Below, piece by piece: positions 12,489 through 23,586 of a stretch of DNA of 64,000 nucleotides. Made by a program: the position numbers and the translations under genes. A model generated the notes under the pieces. It was not told the origin of the DNA. It made no database searches and saw nothing but the letters and a program-made list of their open reading frames with translations. Numbering within the stretch: position 1 is the stretch's first letter; the number at the start of each line of letters is the position of its first letter. Location: assembly GCA_964234715.1 (NCBI GenBank), contig OZ174286.1. One strand, given 5' to 3'. This stretch comes from Podarcis melisellensis. Taxonomy: Eukaryota.

Positions 12489-12960
12489 GGAACTTCCGGA
12501 GGCGGCGCGAAGGGTAATGGCTGCCCTTTCCTAACCGGGAAGGGAACTCCGCTCGAGATCGGGTCGTCCGCTACGGCGAAGCGGAGACCCACACCGGAAA
12601 ACTGCAGGCGGCAGAAGCCTGCAGCCTTGGGACCCGGCAGGCGCCAGAAGCTGCCCCCGAAACGTGGAAGGAACCCCGTAAGGGGCTCCGGACCGTGAAG
12701 GAGGCAGCGGCGCTGAGGGTCGTTCCGCGATCGGCGGAGAGAAGCCGCGAAGCCGTTGCCGGTGAGCGCCGACCTTTCTTCCTGGATTTGGCTTTCAAAC
12801 TAAGCAACCCGTGAGTAAAAGAGACTTTAATCAATTGGAGACCAATTCGAGACTAAAGTAGTTGAATTTGGCTGAAAGCGGAGGACGAAAAAGAAAAAGG
12901 AAGTCCGTCTTCCGCCGCCATTGAACTTGAACGCAAAGAGCTGGAGGAGTGGAGGCTGTG
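12489..12960 (+). promoter_or_regulatory. CpG island / internal Pol II promoter region of the L1 5' UTR
   Basis: Sharp rise in GC and CpG density beginning exactly at the TSD. ETS-type ACTTCCGG at 12492-12499 and YY1-type CCGCCATT at 12915-12922. L1 5' UTRs are known to carry internal promoters. Confidence 0.7.
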
Positions 12961-13490
12961 AGTAACCTTGTTTTCTATTGACTGGATCTGGGCATTTACT
13001 GAGCTGTATTTAAAGACAGAAAAGGAGTTTAAGCACTGGACTTACATGTTAGCATGGACTTTGAAATCTCTTTCTGCTAAAGTTACAATTCTAAAGAGAG
13101 AAACCAGGGCTGGAACTGCCTGACAACAGTAACAATCAGTTTGCAGACCCAAGCAGTTTGATACAATAACTGGGAAAATCTGAGAGGTATGAACTTTGTT
13201 ACTTTATAACATCAATTGAAGTACCAGCAAGCACTGTTTTGAGACATTGTGATTATATATTACCAACTCTGCTAAAAACTTAATATTGGAAGGTTTTTGG
13301 ACTTTAACTTTTATTCCTGAGTAATCCTTCCTGAGAAGATATTTTAGGCTCCCCCTAGAGGTTTTTGGACTGAACGGCAGTGACTTTATTTTACTTTCTA
13401 TTTCTTGGCCTGCTGGCTGAGTGCTGCACCTGGGCTGTCTCTTTCTCATGGGAACAGTCAGTTTGACCTTGACTATTAGATAAGTTTGGA

Positions 13491-14552
13491 ATGAGTGGCG
13501 CAAAGAAAAAGGAGATTAAGGAGACTAAGGAAAAAGAACAAAGACCAAGAACGAGACAAACAACTTTAGCCTCAACTTTACAGCAACGTAGATCGTCTGT
13601 GCCTATTTTACACTCTGAAGAAGAAGCTGCCTCCTTGCCACAGGCAGGGGGAGGAGAGACAGAGGATTTACAACTGGAGGATATGGCCTCAGGATCAGCT
13701 TCTTCTATTTTAGAAAAAATCTATGAAAAATTGGAATCTTTGGACAAGAGAGTGGAATCTTTGGACAAAAAGGCCGATGAGCAAACTGCGAAAATAGACC
13801 AGAACACAGAATGCCTAAATAGAATAACTGGGCAGGTGGCACAGAACACTCAATCGATTGCAAAATTGGAGGAGGCTTCAGGGGAAAACAGGAAATTGGT
13901 TGAAGACACGAGCCAAAGACTTGGACAGTTGGAAAAAGAAGTAAGACCACTCAACAAACAAGTGGGTGAACACCAGACCTATCTTTCGATGATTGAATTG
14001 AAGAATAGGGAGACCAATTTAAGGATAAGATCTGTATCTGAAGTAGAAGAAGACAAACTGGCTGAGTTCCTGACCAAAATAATTTCTGTGCAGTGGAAAC
14101 TTGAGGAAAAAGATTTTAAAATTATATCAGCTTTCAGGCTGGGAAGATTGATAAGAAAAGACAAACCCAGAGACTGCTTGATAACACTGAGATCAAAGGA
14201 GGAAAGGGATAAGATTCTGGGCCTACATTACAAAAACCCACTGGACATTCTGGGTAAAAGAATTGAAATTTATAAGGATATTCCTAGACAGCTGTTGGAC
14301 TTGAGATCTGAATACTCGGAACTAGCAAAACTACTGAGGAGCAACTCAATCATCTTTAGGTGGGATTTCCCTCAAGGACTATCATTCACTTTTAGAGGAA
14401 GGAAGATCAAAATCAGAACGTTGGAAGACAGAGATAAATTTCTGAACCAGTACGGAGAAGACCTTCACAAAGGACTTGGATCATTGCCGGAGCCTGGAGC
14501 ACCAAAGGAACCGGCACCCTTGGTTGACAAAGTTCCACCCCTGGAAAAATAA
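13491..14552 (+). CDS. ORF1: L1 ORF1p (coiled coil + RRM + CTD nucleic-acid chaperone), 353 aa
   Basis: Heptad coiled coil (LEKIYEKLESLDKRVESLDKK...LGQLEKEV), RRM entry motif NRETNLRIRSVSE, AFRLG and KPRDCLITL motifs, and CTD IYKDIPRQLLDLR...FRWDFPQGL. Lies immediately upstream of an EN-RT ORF. Confidence 0.93.
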   Translation: MSGAKKKEIKETKEKEQRPRTRQTTLASTLQQRRSSVPILHSEEEAASLPQAGGGETEDLQLEDMASGSASSILEKIYEKLESLDKRVESLDKKADEQTAKIDQNTECLNRITGQVAQNTQSIAKLEEASGENRKLVEDTSQRLGQLEKEVRPLNKQVGEHQTYLSMIELKNRETNLRIRSVSEVEEDKLAEFLTKIISVQWKLEEKDFKIISAFRLGRLIRKDKPRDCLITLRSKEERDKILGLHYKNPLDILGKRIEIYKDIPRQLLDLRSEYSELAKLLRSNSIIFRWDFPQGLSFTFRGRKIKIRTLEDRDKFLNQYGEDLHKGLGSLPEPGAPKEPAPLVDKVPPLEK

Positions 14553-14567
14553 CCAGATTTTTACAGG

Positions 14568-17500
14568 ATGTCTCTGCAACTTCTGAGCTGGAACATAAAT
14601 GGCTGCAACATTCCCGAGAAAAGGAAGAAAATTTTCCACATATTAAAAAAGGAACAATTGGACATTATTTGCTTGCAAGAAACACATGTGACCAGGCTCC
14701 ACAGAAAAATTCTGGTAAATAAAAGACTTGGCCAGGAATTTATATCTTCAGACAGAGTGAAGAAGAGAGGGGTGGTGATATATGCAAAGGAGAGCCTCTC
14801 ACCTAAATTTTTATTTAAAGATGAACAAGGCAGAATTTTGGCAGTTGAAATACAGCATCAAGGAGAAAAAATTTTACTATTAGGAATTTATGCACCAAAT
14901 GAAGGGAAATCGGAATTTTATAAGAAGTTGCATGAGAGCATGCTGGATTATCTGGACTTTGACAACATCATTATGATGGGAGATATGAACGGGATTGTAT
15001 CAACTAACATGGATAAGTCGCAAAGCCAAAAAGTTACCAAAGATGGCAGACTACCAAAGACCTTTTTTGAAATGACAGACAACATGGACTGGATTGACAT
15101 TTGGAGAATGAGAAACCCCTTGGAAAAGGAAGGAACATTCTTCTCTGAAGCCCATCTGACTTGGACAAGAATCGACCAAATATGGATTACTAGATGTCTG
15201 GCACCTAAGGTCAGAAAAGTGGAAATCTGCCCAAAGACCTGCTCCGACCATAACGCTTTGAAAATGGATTTGACATTATTACCAACCGGCTCCTTTCGAT
15301 GGAAGATGAATGACAATTTATTCAGAGATCAGGAGATTGTTAAAAAGGCCCAAAAAGTTTTGAAAGACTATTTTGAAATAAATTTGAACACAACGGTGGA
15401 AAAAAGAACAATCTGGGACGCAAGCAAAGCTGTGATGAGAGGGTTCTTAATACAACAGAATGCTATCAAGAAAAGGAAACAAAATGAAAAGAAAGACAAG
15501 ATTTTGGAAAAAATAAAAGAATTAGAAAAGAAGCTAAGAGGAAATCCGAAGTCGCAGCCGATTCTGAGAGAAATTAAACTCCATCAGGCGCAATATTCTA
15601 AACTGATAAATCAGGAAATAGAATGGAAGATTAAGTCAATGAAACAAAAAACGTTTGAATCGGCAAATAAATGTGGGAAACTGCTGGCCTGGCAGTTGAA
15701 GAAGAGACAAAAGTTGAATACAGTAACAAACTTAGAAATTGAAGGAAGAAATATTCAGAACCCTGTGGAAATCAGGAAATCTTTCCAGAAATATTTTAAG
15801 AAACTATATACCCAAGGGCCGCAAAATGAGATTGAGATTGAACAATTTTTGAAGAAAAACAGTCTTAAAAAACTCACACAAGAAAATAGATCACTCCTGA
15901 ACAGTCAAATAACACGACAGGAAATTGAACTTGCCATTCAGAACATGAAGCTGGGCAAATCTCCAGGACCAGATGGTCTGACCTCCAAGTATTATAAAAC
16001 AATGAGTGACTATTTGATTCAACCTTTGATGGAGGTCAGCAATGAAATTCTGGAGGGAAAGAAGGCGCCGGAATCGTGGAAGGAAGCTTTTATCACGTTG
16101 ATACCGAAATCAGAAACTGAAAAAACACAACTTAAGAACTACCGCCCCATCTCCCTTCTAAATGTGGATTACAAAATATTTGCTGATGTTTTAGCAGGCA
16201 GACTTAAAAGAGTTTTAAATGAAGTAATCCATAAAGACCAGGCCGGCTTTCTCCCAGGTAGACACATGTTTGCAAACACAAGGAACATTATTGACATTTT
16301 GGAACTTTTGCAAACAGATATAAACACTAAAGCAGTACTGATATTTATAGACGCGGAGAAGGCCTTTGACAACATCTCTTGGAAATTTATGAAGGGAAAT
16401 CTAAAAGAAATGGGAGTGGGGCGGGGTTTTGAAAATGGGATTGATGCAATATATTCAGAACAAAAAGCTAAATTGATAGTTAACAATGTGGTAACAGAAG
16501 AATTTAAAATTGAAAAAGGAACACGACAAGGCTGCCCGATTTCCCCTCTGTTATTTATCTCAGTTCTGGAGGTGCTCTTGAATTTGATTAGAGGGGACCG
16601 GCTGGTGCAGGGGATCCAGGTCGGAGCGAAACAATATAAACTAAAAGCTTTTGCAGATGACCTAGTATTGACATTGCAGGAGCCAGAATCTAGTACGAAA
16701 AGAGTATTACAACTGATACATGATTTTGGTCAGGTGGCAGGATTTAAGTTAAATAAACAAAAAACGAAGGTGCTAGGGAAAAACATGACAGATACAGAGT
16801 CAGAACGGTTTCAGAGAGAAACAGAATTATCACTAGTGAAAAGGGTAAAATACCTAGGGGTTAATATAACAGCCAAAAATCTGAGTCTATTTAAAGATAA
16901 TTATGAAAAATGTTGGTCGGAAATTAAGAGAGACTTGGAAAGTTGGGCAAAGCTGAAGCTTTCTTTGTTAGGCCGAATTGCTGCAATTAAGATGAATGTG
17001 CTGCCAAAGATGTTGTTTTTGTTTCAAACATTGCAAATTGTGGACAAAACAGAGTGTTTCCGGAGGTGGCAGAGAGATATTTCCAAATTTGTCTGGCAGG
17101 GCAAAAAGCCCAGAATCAAGTTTAAGATATTAACAGATGCAAAGGAAAGAGGGGGCTTTGCCCTGCCAGACTTAAGGTTGTATTGTGAAGCCGCAGCTTT
17201 CTGCTGGCTAAAGGATTGGCTACTTCTTGAGGACACTGATGTGCTAGATCTCGAAGGTTACAACAATGCTTTTGGTTGGCATGCATATTTGTGGTATGAT
17301 AAAGTTAAGATCAATAAGGCCTTTAAGAACCATATTGTCAGAAAAGCAGTGTTTAATGTCTGGACTAAATATAAAGACTTACTGGAAAATAAAACACCAA
17401 GGTGGCTTTCACCTTTGGAAGCTAAGGCCCGAAAAGGAACCAATATGGAAGCCTACTGGCCAAAATATTGGGAACTGTTAGAAAAAGACGGAGATAATTG

Positions 17501-18308
17501 GAAATTGCAGAGTATGGAGAAAATGAAGGACAAAGTGCGAGACTGGTTACACTACGCTCAGATTAAGGAAACTTTTAAAAGTGACAAAAAGTTAGGATTC
17601 CAGGTGGAGAAATCGAAGTTGGAAACAGAACTGTTAGAACCTAAGACCAAGGTACTTTCAAGAATGTATAACTTGCTGTTGAAATGGAATACACAAGACG
17701 AAATGGTTAAGTCGGCTATGATAAAATGGGCACAGGATATTGGGCATAATATTATGTTTGAGGATTGGGAAAGGTTGTGGACCACTGGGCTGAACTTTAC
17801 TGCATGTAATGCTTTGAAAGAAAATGTAATGAAAATGATATACAGATGGTACATGACCCCAGTTAAACTTGCTAAAATATGCCATTCGTCAGATAACAAA
17901 TGCTGGAAATGTAAGGAAAATGAAGGAACATTCTACCACCTCTGGTGGACTTGCCCTAAGGTGAAGGCCTTCTGGGAAATGATATATAATGAGTTGAAAA
18001 AGGTATTTAAGTATACCTTTACCAAGAAACCAGAGGCCTTTCTTCTGGGCATTGTCGACCAGAAGGTGCTAAAGAAAGATAGAACATTCTTTATGTATGC
18101 GACAACAGCAGCAAGGATACTACTCGCTAAGAATTGGAAAACCCAAGATCTACCCACACTGGAAGAATGGCAGATGCAACTGATGGACTATATGCAACTG
18201 GCGGAGATGACTGGCAGAATCCGAAACCTGGGAGAAGAAAGGATGGAAGAAGATTGGAAGAAATTTAAGATTTACTTACAAAAATATTATGAATTATTGG
18301 AATGTTAA
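14568..18308 (+). CDS. ORF2: L1 ORF2p (APE endonuclease, reverse transcriptase, C-terminal CCHC zinc knuckle), 1246 aa
   Basis: EN motifs SWNINGCN, DIICLQETH, IYAPN, MGDMN, RIDQIW, SDHNAL. RT motifs KSPGPDG, YRPISLLNVDYKI, QAGF, DAEKAFD, GTRQGCPISPLLF, FADD, KYLG. Cys motif CWKC...HLWWTC. No stops or frameshifts. Confidence 0.98.
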   Translation: MSLQLLSWNINGCNIPEKRKKIFHILKKEQLDIICLQETHVTRLHRKILVNKRLGQEFISSDRVKKRGVVIYAKESLSPKFLFKDEQGRILAVEIQHQGEKILLLGIYAPNEGKSEFYKKLHESMLDYLDFDNIIMMGDMNGIVSTNMDKSQSQKVTKDGRLPKTFFEMTDNMDWIDIWRMRNPLEKEGTFFSEAHLTWTRIDQIWITRCLAPKVRKVEICPKTCSDHNALKMDLTLLPTGSFRWKMNDNLFRDQEIVKKAQKVLKDYFEINLNTTVEKRTIWDASKAVMRGFLIQQNAIKKRKQNEKKDKILEKIKELEKKLRGNPKSQPILREIKLHQAQYSKLINQEIEWKIKSMKQKTFESANKCGKLLAWQLKKRQKLNTVTNLEIEGRNIQNPVEIRKSFQKYFKKLYTQGPQNEIEIEQFLKKNSLKKLTQENRSLLNSQITRQEIELAIQNMKLGKSPGPDGLTSKYYKTMSDYLIQPLMEVSNEILEGKKAPESWKEAFITLIPKSETEKTQLKNYRPISLLNVDYKIFADVLAGRLKRVLNEVIHKDQAGFLPGRHMFANTRNIIDILELLQTDINTKAVLIFIDAEKAFDNISWKFMKGNLKEMGVGRGFENGIDAIYSEQKAKLIVNNVVTEEFKIEKGTRQGCPISPLLFISVLEVLLNLIRGDRLVQGIQVGAKQYKLKAFADDLVLTLQEPESSTKRVLQLIHDFGQVAGFKLNKQKTKVLGKNMTDTESERFQRETELSLVKRVKYLGVNITAKNLSLFKDNYEKCWSEIKRDLESWAKLKLSLLGRIAAIKMNVLPKMLFLFQTLQIVDKTECFRRWQRDISKFVWQGKKPRIKFKILTDAKERGGFALPDLRLYCEAAAFCWLKDWLLLEDTDVLDLEGYNNAFGWHAYLWYDKVKINKAFKNHIVRKAVFNVWTKYKDLLENKTPRWLSPLEAKARKGTNMEAYWPKYWELLEKDGDNWKLQSMEKMKDKVRDWLHYAQIKETFKSDKKLGFQVEKSKLETELLEPKTKVLSRMYNLLLKWNTQDEMVKSAMIKWAQDIGHNIMFEDWERLWTTGLNFTACNALKENVMKMIYRWYMTPVKLAKICHSSDNKCWKCKENEGTFYHLWWTCPKVKAFWEMIYNELKKVFKYTFTKKPEAFLLGIVDQKVLKKDRTFFMYATTAARILLAKNWKTQDLPTLEEWQMQLMDYMQLAEMTGRIRNLGEERMEEDWKKFKIYLQKYYELLEC

Positions 18309-18600
18309 AAAAGATGCTTAGTTATAAATAATTGGCCATCACTAAAATAGATTAGGAACTGATGACAAGAGAGATTAAGAAAAACAAATTTGCTGGAGAA
18401 CAATCTTATTGTAATTAATTGTAATTAAATAAGTGGTTTTAAAATTTGGAAATAAGATGATAATTTGCTGGACAAAATTTATTAATGATGTAAATGGGAG
18501 TGGGAGGCGTGAGGAAGTTCAAAGAGGATATGAAATTTTGTTAAACAAAGTAATACTGTTTATTGTTATTGGATGTATTTTTCTTTTCTGTAAAAACCTT

Positions 18601-18606
18601 AATAAA
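18601..18606 (+). terminator. Polyadenylation signal of the L1
   Basis: AATAAA 11 nt before the A run that abuts the 3' TSD. Confidence 0.8.
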
Positions 18607-20060
18607 TATTTATATATAAAAAAAAGAATACTCATGTCTCCTGATGCACTAAGATTGGCTTACCTAACTTCCCTTGGCTAAAATTGAGCACACCGGACTT
18701 GCTCCCAGAACCCAATGAGAACCCATTTCTCAGGCCAAAAGCGGGTGCCATGTCTCACTGCTGGTGCATATATACTACCCCAATTCATTATTTTAATTGT
18801 TTCTGAGACCAATCCAAAGTGATGGTATTAGGCTTTAAAATACTAAGCAGCTTGGTGCCAAGGTACATGAAAGGTCACTGCTGCCTGGACCCTGAGATGT
18901 TCTTTGGAGTCCCTTTTTCAGATCAGGCAGATAGTTACAAGGCAGATGGTCTTCTCAGTGGTGGCACCTTGGTCATGGAACACCTTGTGACTACATTTAG
19001 GTTCCTTTTATTCTCTCAGGCCCTTTACTATTTCTTTTGCTGTTGGAGTAGATTTCTGCTGGGTTTTACGGTAAGTACTGCTGTGTTGCTTATGCTGGTT
19101 TCTAACATTTAAAAATCATTTTAAATTGATTTAAAAATGTTTTAAATGTACTAATTAAGGTATTAATTGTACATTGATTGAACTTGGCGTGACCTGCTCA
19201 GTGGGCTTTGTTGATTGGGCAGCCAACACATGTTTGAAATAAATAAATAGGTTAAGAAATCAAGGTCAACTCGTTAGATTTCACCTCATTTGGGTCATCT
19301 TTTACCTCATGTCTGCCTCATATTTTGCACACAGGCATAGTCAAAGAGGTTAAGAACTCAAATCAGCCCATCAGTTTTTACCTCACATCTGCCTGAAACT
19401 AGCCCTAGTTTGGGTCAGGACTCTGGCTGAGATTTGCCTGTTGTGACCTATGCAGGCCTCTTCTCAGTGATGTGGAGAAGCCTTGTGGGATCTCAAAGTC
19501 GGTTTCAGTCCAATGAAGCAAAACTATTCATGTGTGAAGAATTAAAAATCAATAATACAGCTGCTCTTGAGGCTTGTTGTGTGAGCAATGACCAATGCAC
19601 GCTGGAACTGAAGCAAAACCATTAATTTCCTGTGAAGCTGACGTGAATCTATTGCTGGCAGAACCTTTAGTCATATAGCTATTCAAAATTATTTTGATAT
19701 AAAATGCATGGCTATGGTGAAAGTAAAAGGCTAAATGCTGGGAACAGAATGTTGGAGCAGTGAAGTGGGTATGAAAATTAATAAGATTAGGGTTTTTTTT
19801 AAAGTTATCTTCCTTAAGAAGTTATCTCCCTCCTTTATACACTGCTGGTGCCAATCACAAGAGCTGTCTGTAAGCAACACCATCCTAATTCCCTCACAAT
19901 CCTCCACACATGGATACCTCATTGAAGAAAATATTTGCTGAGCAGGGGCTGTCAGAAGCACCCTAGAATCTGTTCCAGAGATCTATAACAGCATTCTCAG
20001 AAGCCTCCCCAATCCCTCATCATCCTTCTTTGTGGGAAGCCGTGATGATAAATAGCTATA

Positions 20061-20291
20061 CAGTGGTACCTCGGGTTACAGGCGCTTCAGGTTACAGACG
20101 CTTCAGGTTACAGACGCCACTAACTCAGAAATAGTACCTCGGGTTAAGAACTTTGCTTCAGGATGAGAACAGAAATCGCACGGCGGCAGCAGGAGGCCCC
20201 ATTAGCTAAAGTGATACCTCAGGTTAAGAACAGTTTCAGGTTAAGAACGGACCTCCAGAATGAATTAAGTTCTTAACCCGAGGTACCACTG
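20061..20291 (+). mobile_element. Tigger/pogo-like MITE, copy 2
   Basis: CAGTGGTACCTCGGGTTA ... TAACCCGAGGTACCACTG with TA TSD. Confidence 0.9.
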
Positions 20292-21423
20292 TAAAACCAA
20301 TGTAAGATATATGAGACATCTCCCTTTCTCTCCCTCTCCCTCTCTCTTTCACACACATGCACATACGCATTACATAACAAACACACCAGATAACAAATGT
20401 AGAATGCATGAATGTATCTAATCTAAAATTACCAATCAAACAAGCCTCATAAAGCAATGTTGGATCCATATACGAATTTGATATTCTTGAAGCTTAATTT
20501 TGTAGGATGCCTTAAGATGTTGCATTCAACCTGCAGTGGTAAAAGTAAATCCTTCAGTAGCATTACCAGTTTATTTGTGAACATTGATTGCATTGTTTTA
20601 TGGTAATGCCATAACTCTACAAAAGGTTCCACCAACCCACAAAACCTTAGATAAAGTACCAGTTGTACATTTGCCTTGTAGTTGTTACAACGTCCCTCTA
20701 TTGTTGACATCTTTGATCCAGTTGTTGTTGTTCTTATGTAAACCACCCCTTGGTGGCATCTGGACTCAGTTCCCCCACTCAGGGTCTAAAACATTCTTAC
20801 TGAATTTAAGGCAGTGCCTGCATATAACTTGGGCATAGAGCAGGTCTAAGGTTTTTCATATGGTTGCTATTTACATAAATGTTTGTGAGCATCAGTCCCG
20901 CAGAACAGGGTTGGCCAAGGTAGTAACCTCCAGACATTTTGGACTGCAACTACCACCAGCTACCAGCCAATATGGCCTACAGTCAATGAGGATGGGAGCT
21001 GCCATTTGCAACATCAGCAGGACACACATTGGCTACCCCTTCTTTAGAACATCTCAGCAATTTTCAGAACTGAATACCTGTGCTAGCATAGTGGCACTAA
21101 TGCGCTACCCCTTTGCTGATATTACACTCATCTCATGACACACTTGAAATTTTAAATCTATAGGAGGTTGGATGGCCATCTGTCATGGATGCTTTAGTTG
21201 AGATGCCTTCATTGCAAGGGCTTGGACTTACTTCCACTGTAGCATAATCACATCAAGTGTGGCGCAATCTCATGTGATTACCATGTAGACAAGGAAGGGA
21301 GAAAATAATCTAGAATGGGATGCTGAAGCTAGACTGGTACTTTGAGATGACACATAGTTCTGTGAAAACAAGGCTGTTTTTCATTTGAATAATTACAGAG
21401 ATCCAATGGTTTATTTTGCATAG

Positions 21424-21637
21424 ATTTTGGGTAGCTGCAAACATACAGAGCCTCATAGGATTAGATGTATATTGTGGCGCTCTGACAGGAAATCAGACTG
21501 TCCTCTACACAAACACACCACAGATAGCTTCAAAAACAGTGATGTTTGATGTGACCTTGAAGGGACCATCCTCTGTGGATGCAAAAGGCACTCGCCTGCT
21601 GATGCTGTTAGAATATACAGAAGAACGGAACTGCAAG
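21424..21637 (+). CDS. Candidate coding exon (FWVAANIQSLIGLDVYCGALTGNQTVLY...LLMLLEYTEERNCK)
   Basis: Acceptor TTTATTTTGCATAG| and donor AAG|GTATAA. The 214-nt interval is fully open, with a phase-2 start and phase-0 end compatible with both neighbours. Confidence 0.5.
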
Positions 21638-23586
21638 GTATAAGTGCACTCAGGTGGATTCAGAATATCAAAAGAAAGAGAAGGCTTTTGTACTTAAATA
21701 GAAACAACATTACCACAATAAACAGATGCGTTAAACTCAGAGTTCATAAAGTGGGTGACACATGTCAGAAACATGTCAGAAATATGTGGAAATTTCCCTA
21801 GTGAGGAGGTAGAAATATTATTATTTTAAAAAAAAAGAAAAGGAAGGGGGGGCACAATGAAGGTCATGACCTGACACATAATCAAGAAATGGAAATGTCT
21901 GAAAAATGATAAGGTTTCCATACCAGCTGGGATCCAACTTGCTGGAGCAGGGGGAGGAGGTAAAGAGAGATACAGAGGAAGAATTAATCATCTGAGTACC
22001 CTACAGATTTATGATCTGCATCCATAAAAGCAGCACCTGTGGATGCTGCTCTTGGGAAATATTGAATAGTGCATAACTTTGCCTTATGTTCCCTTACTTA
22101 ACATTTTATCATTTACATGCAAAGAGTGCAGATTGACTTTTGGATTTGGTTCCCCAAACCAGTTGCTTCTGTTGCAACCCTCAGTCTGCTTGCAGGCAGA
22201 CACACAGATTCCAGCTGGGCTACTCTGAGGTAAAATTATTGGAAGACTTCATGACACCTCTTAGATTATATCTTTCTCTTTCATTGTTCTGTAGCTTAGA
22301 ATTTATTCCTTATCATCAAAACTCCAGTTGAATTCAGGCTGAGCATATTTGGAGTGATATTTCATATCAAATGCAGCTGCATAAAATATCCATTTGGGCA
22401 TTTGATATCAGCCTTAACCGTAGAACAGTGGTGGGGAACCTGTGGCCCCTGAGATGCAGTTGAACTAATGTTCCCACCATCCTAACTCTTGACCATGCTG
22501 GCTGGGGACAAGGGATGGCCGCAAGTTCCCCATTCCTGCCTTACATAGGATCAGAGTAAATACATACCTTTGACAGCATTCTGTTTACATAGTAGTCAAC
22601 CTGATGCCTATGGGCAGCTTGCAAGCAGGGCAGGAGAGCAATAGTTCTCTCCTATCCATGCTTTCCAGCAACTGGCTTTTAGACAGACTCATCTGATATT
22701 GCAGGTAACATGTATCCATTGGGCCAGTATCCATTGAACTTATCAAATCCCCATTTAAAGACATCCAAGTTGGCAGTAATCTTGCTAGGCCAAATTAAGC
22801 CAATGAGATAGAGGTTCTTCATCCTTGGACTAGACACAGCTTCAGCAAAGGGGTGGCCTTATGTGCCTTTGGACCATACCTTGTGACCATGTCCTCTCCC
22901 TCCATAATCTGAAAGGAGACCTGCCAGTCTTCTAATTCCTGGAACATATGTTTTTACATTCCCACCTTCTGGAATGTGCTGTGAATAGAAAACAGTCCTA
23001 AGCCTGATCTATTTCATCTGCATGCCTCCTGTGTAACTAGAAACAGAATAGAAAAAGGCAGGACTAGAGACTATTTGCTGGTGATTAGATCAGGGGTTAG
23101 CAAGCCATCAGCTCTGGGTTTTATTCCCTGCATTGTCCCAATCTTTATGACCTTCAAAAAAATGCAAAAATGTCTATTGAGTGCTTGTTTTATTTTTTAA
23201 AAAAGGTATTGGTCCTGATGTCTCTCTTCAGATATTGCATTTCCTACTGCATTATTAAACTGTCTATAGTCTGAGTTACTTGTTCAGTTTGCTGCTGGCA
23301 CACAGGAGCAGAAGAACAGCCTGGCTGGACTAGACCAGGGGTCCACAAAGTCCGGCCTTGTGCTACCATTCCAACCCAGGCAAGCTAGATGCTGCTAGAA
23401 AGTTCGCAAGCAGGACAGCTTTACATTGCTCTTTATACAGGGCCATGCTTGCTCCCCAGTATTACCATTTCATCAATTTGAGGAAAATCTGGTCTCTGAG
23501 CATGCAGGGCACTTCCCAGAGGCATCTCACTGACCACTGTGGGAAGGAGGATCCTGATTAGATGGATCTAGTGATGTGACACAGTA

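Larger units (their letters stand above)
12489..18623 (+). mobile_element. Full-length LINE-1 (L1 clade) non-LTR retrotransposon, ~6.1 kb, both ORFs intact
   Basis: Perfect 18-bp direct repeat AAGAATACTCATGTCTCC at 12471-12488 and 18624-18641 (TSD). GC/CpG-rich 5' UTR, two long tandem ORFs separated by 15 bp, 3' UTR with AATAAA at 18601-18606 and a short A run. Confidence 0.97.

Noticed and set aside
12360-13503. ORFs in and around the L1 5' UTR (12360-12698 +, 12571-12834 -, 13204-13503 -) as an ORF0 analogue
   Set aside because: Non-ATG starts, one crosses the insertion junction, and no motifs; expected by chance in GC-rich DNA.
14948-18157. Several antisense ORFs of 60-122 aa within L1 ORF2
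   Set aside because: Shadow frames of a long coding sequence.
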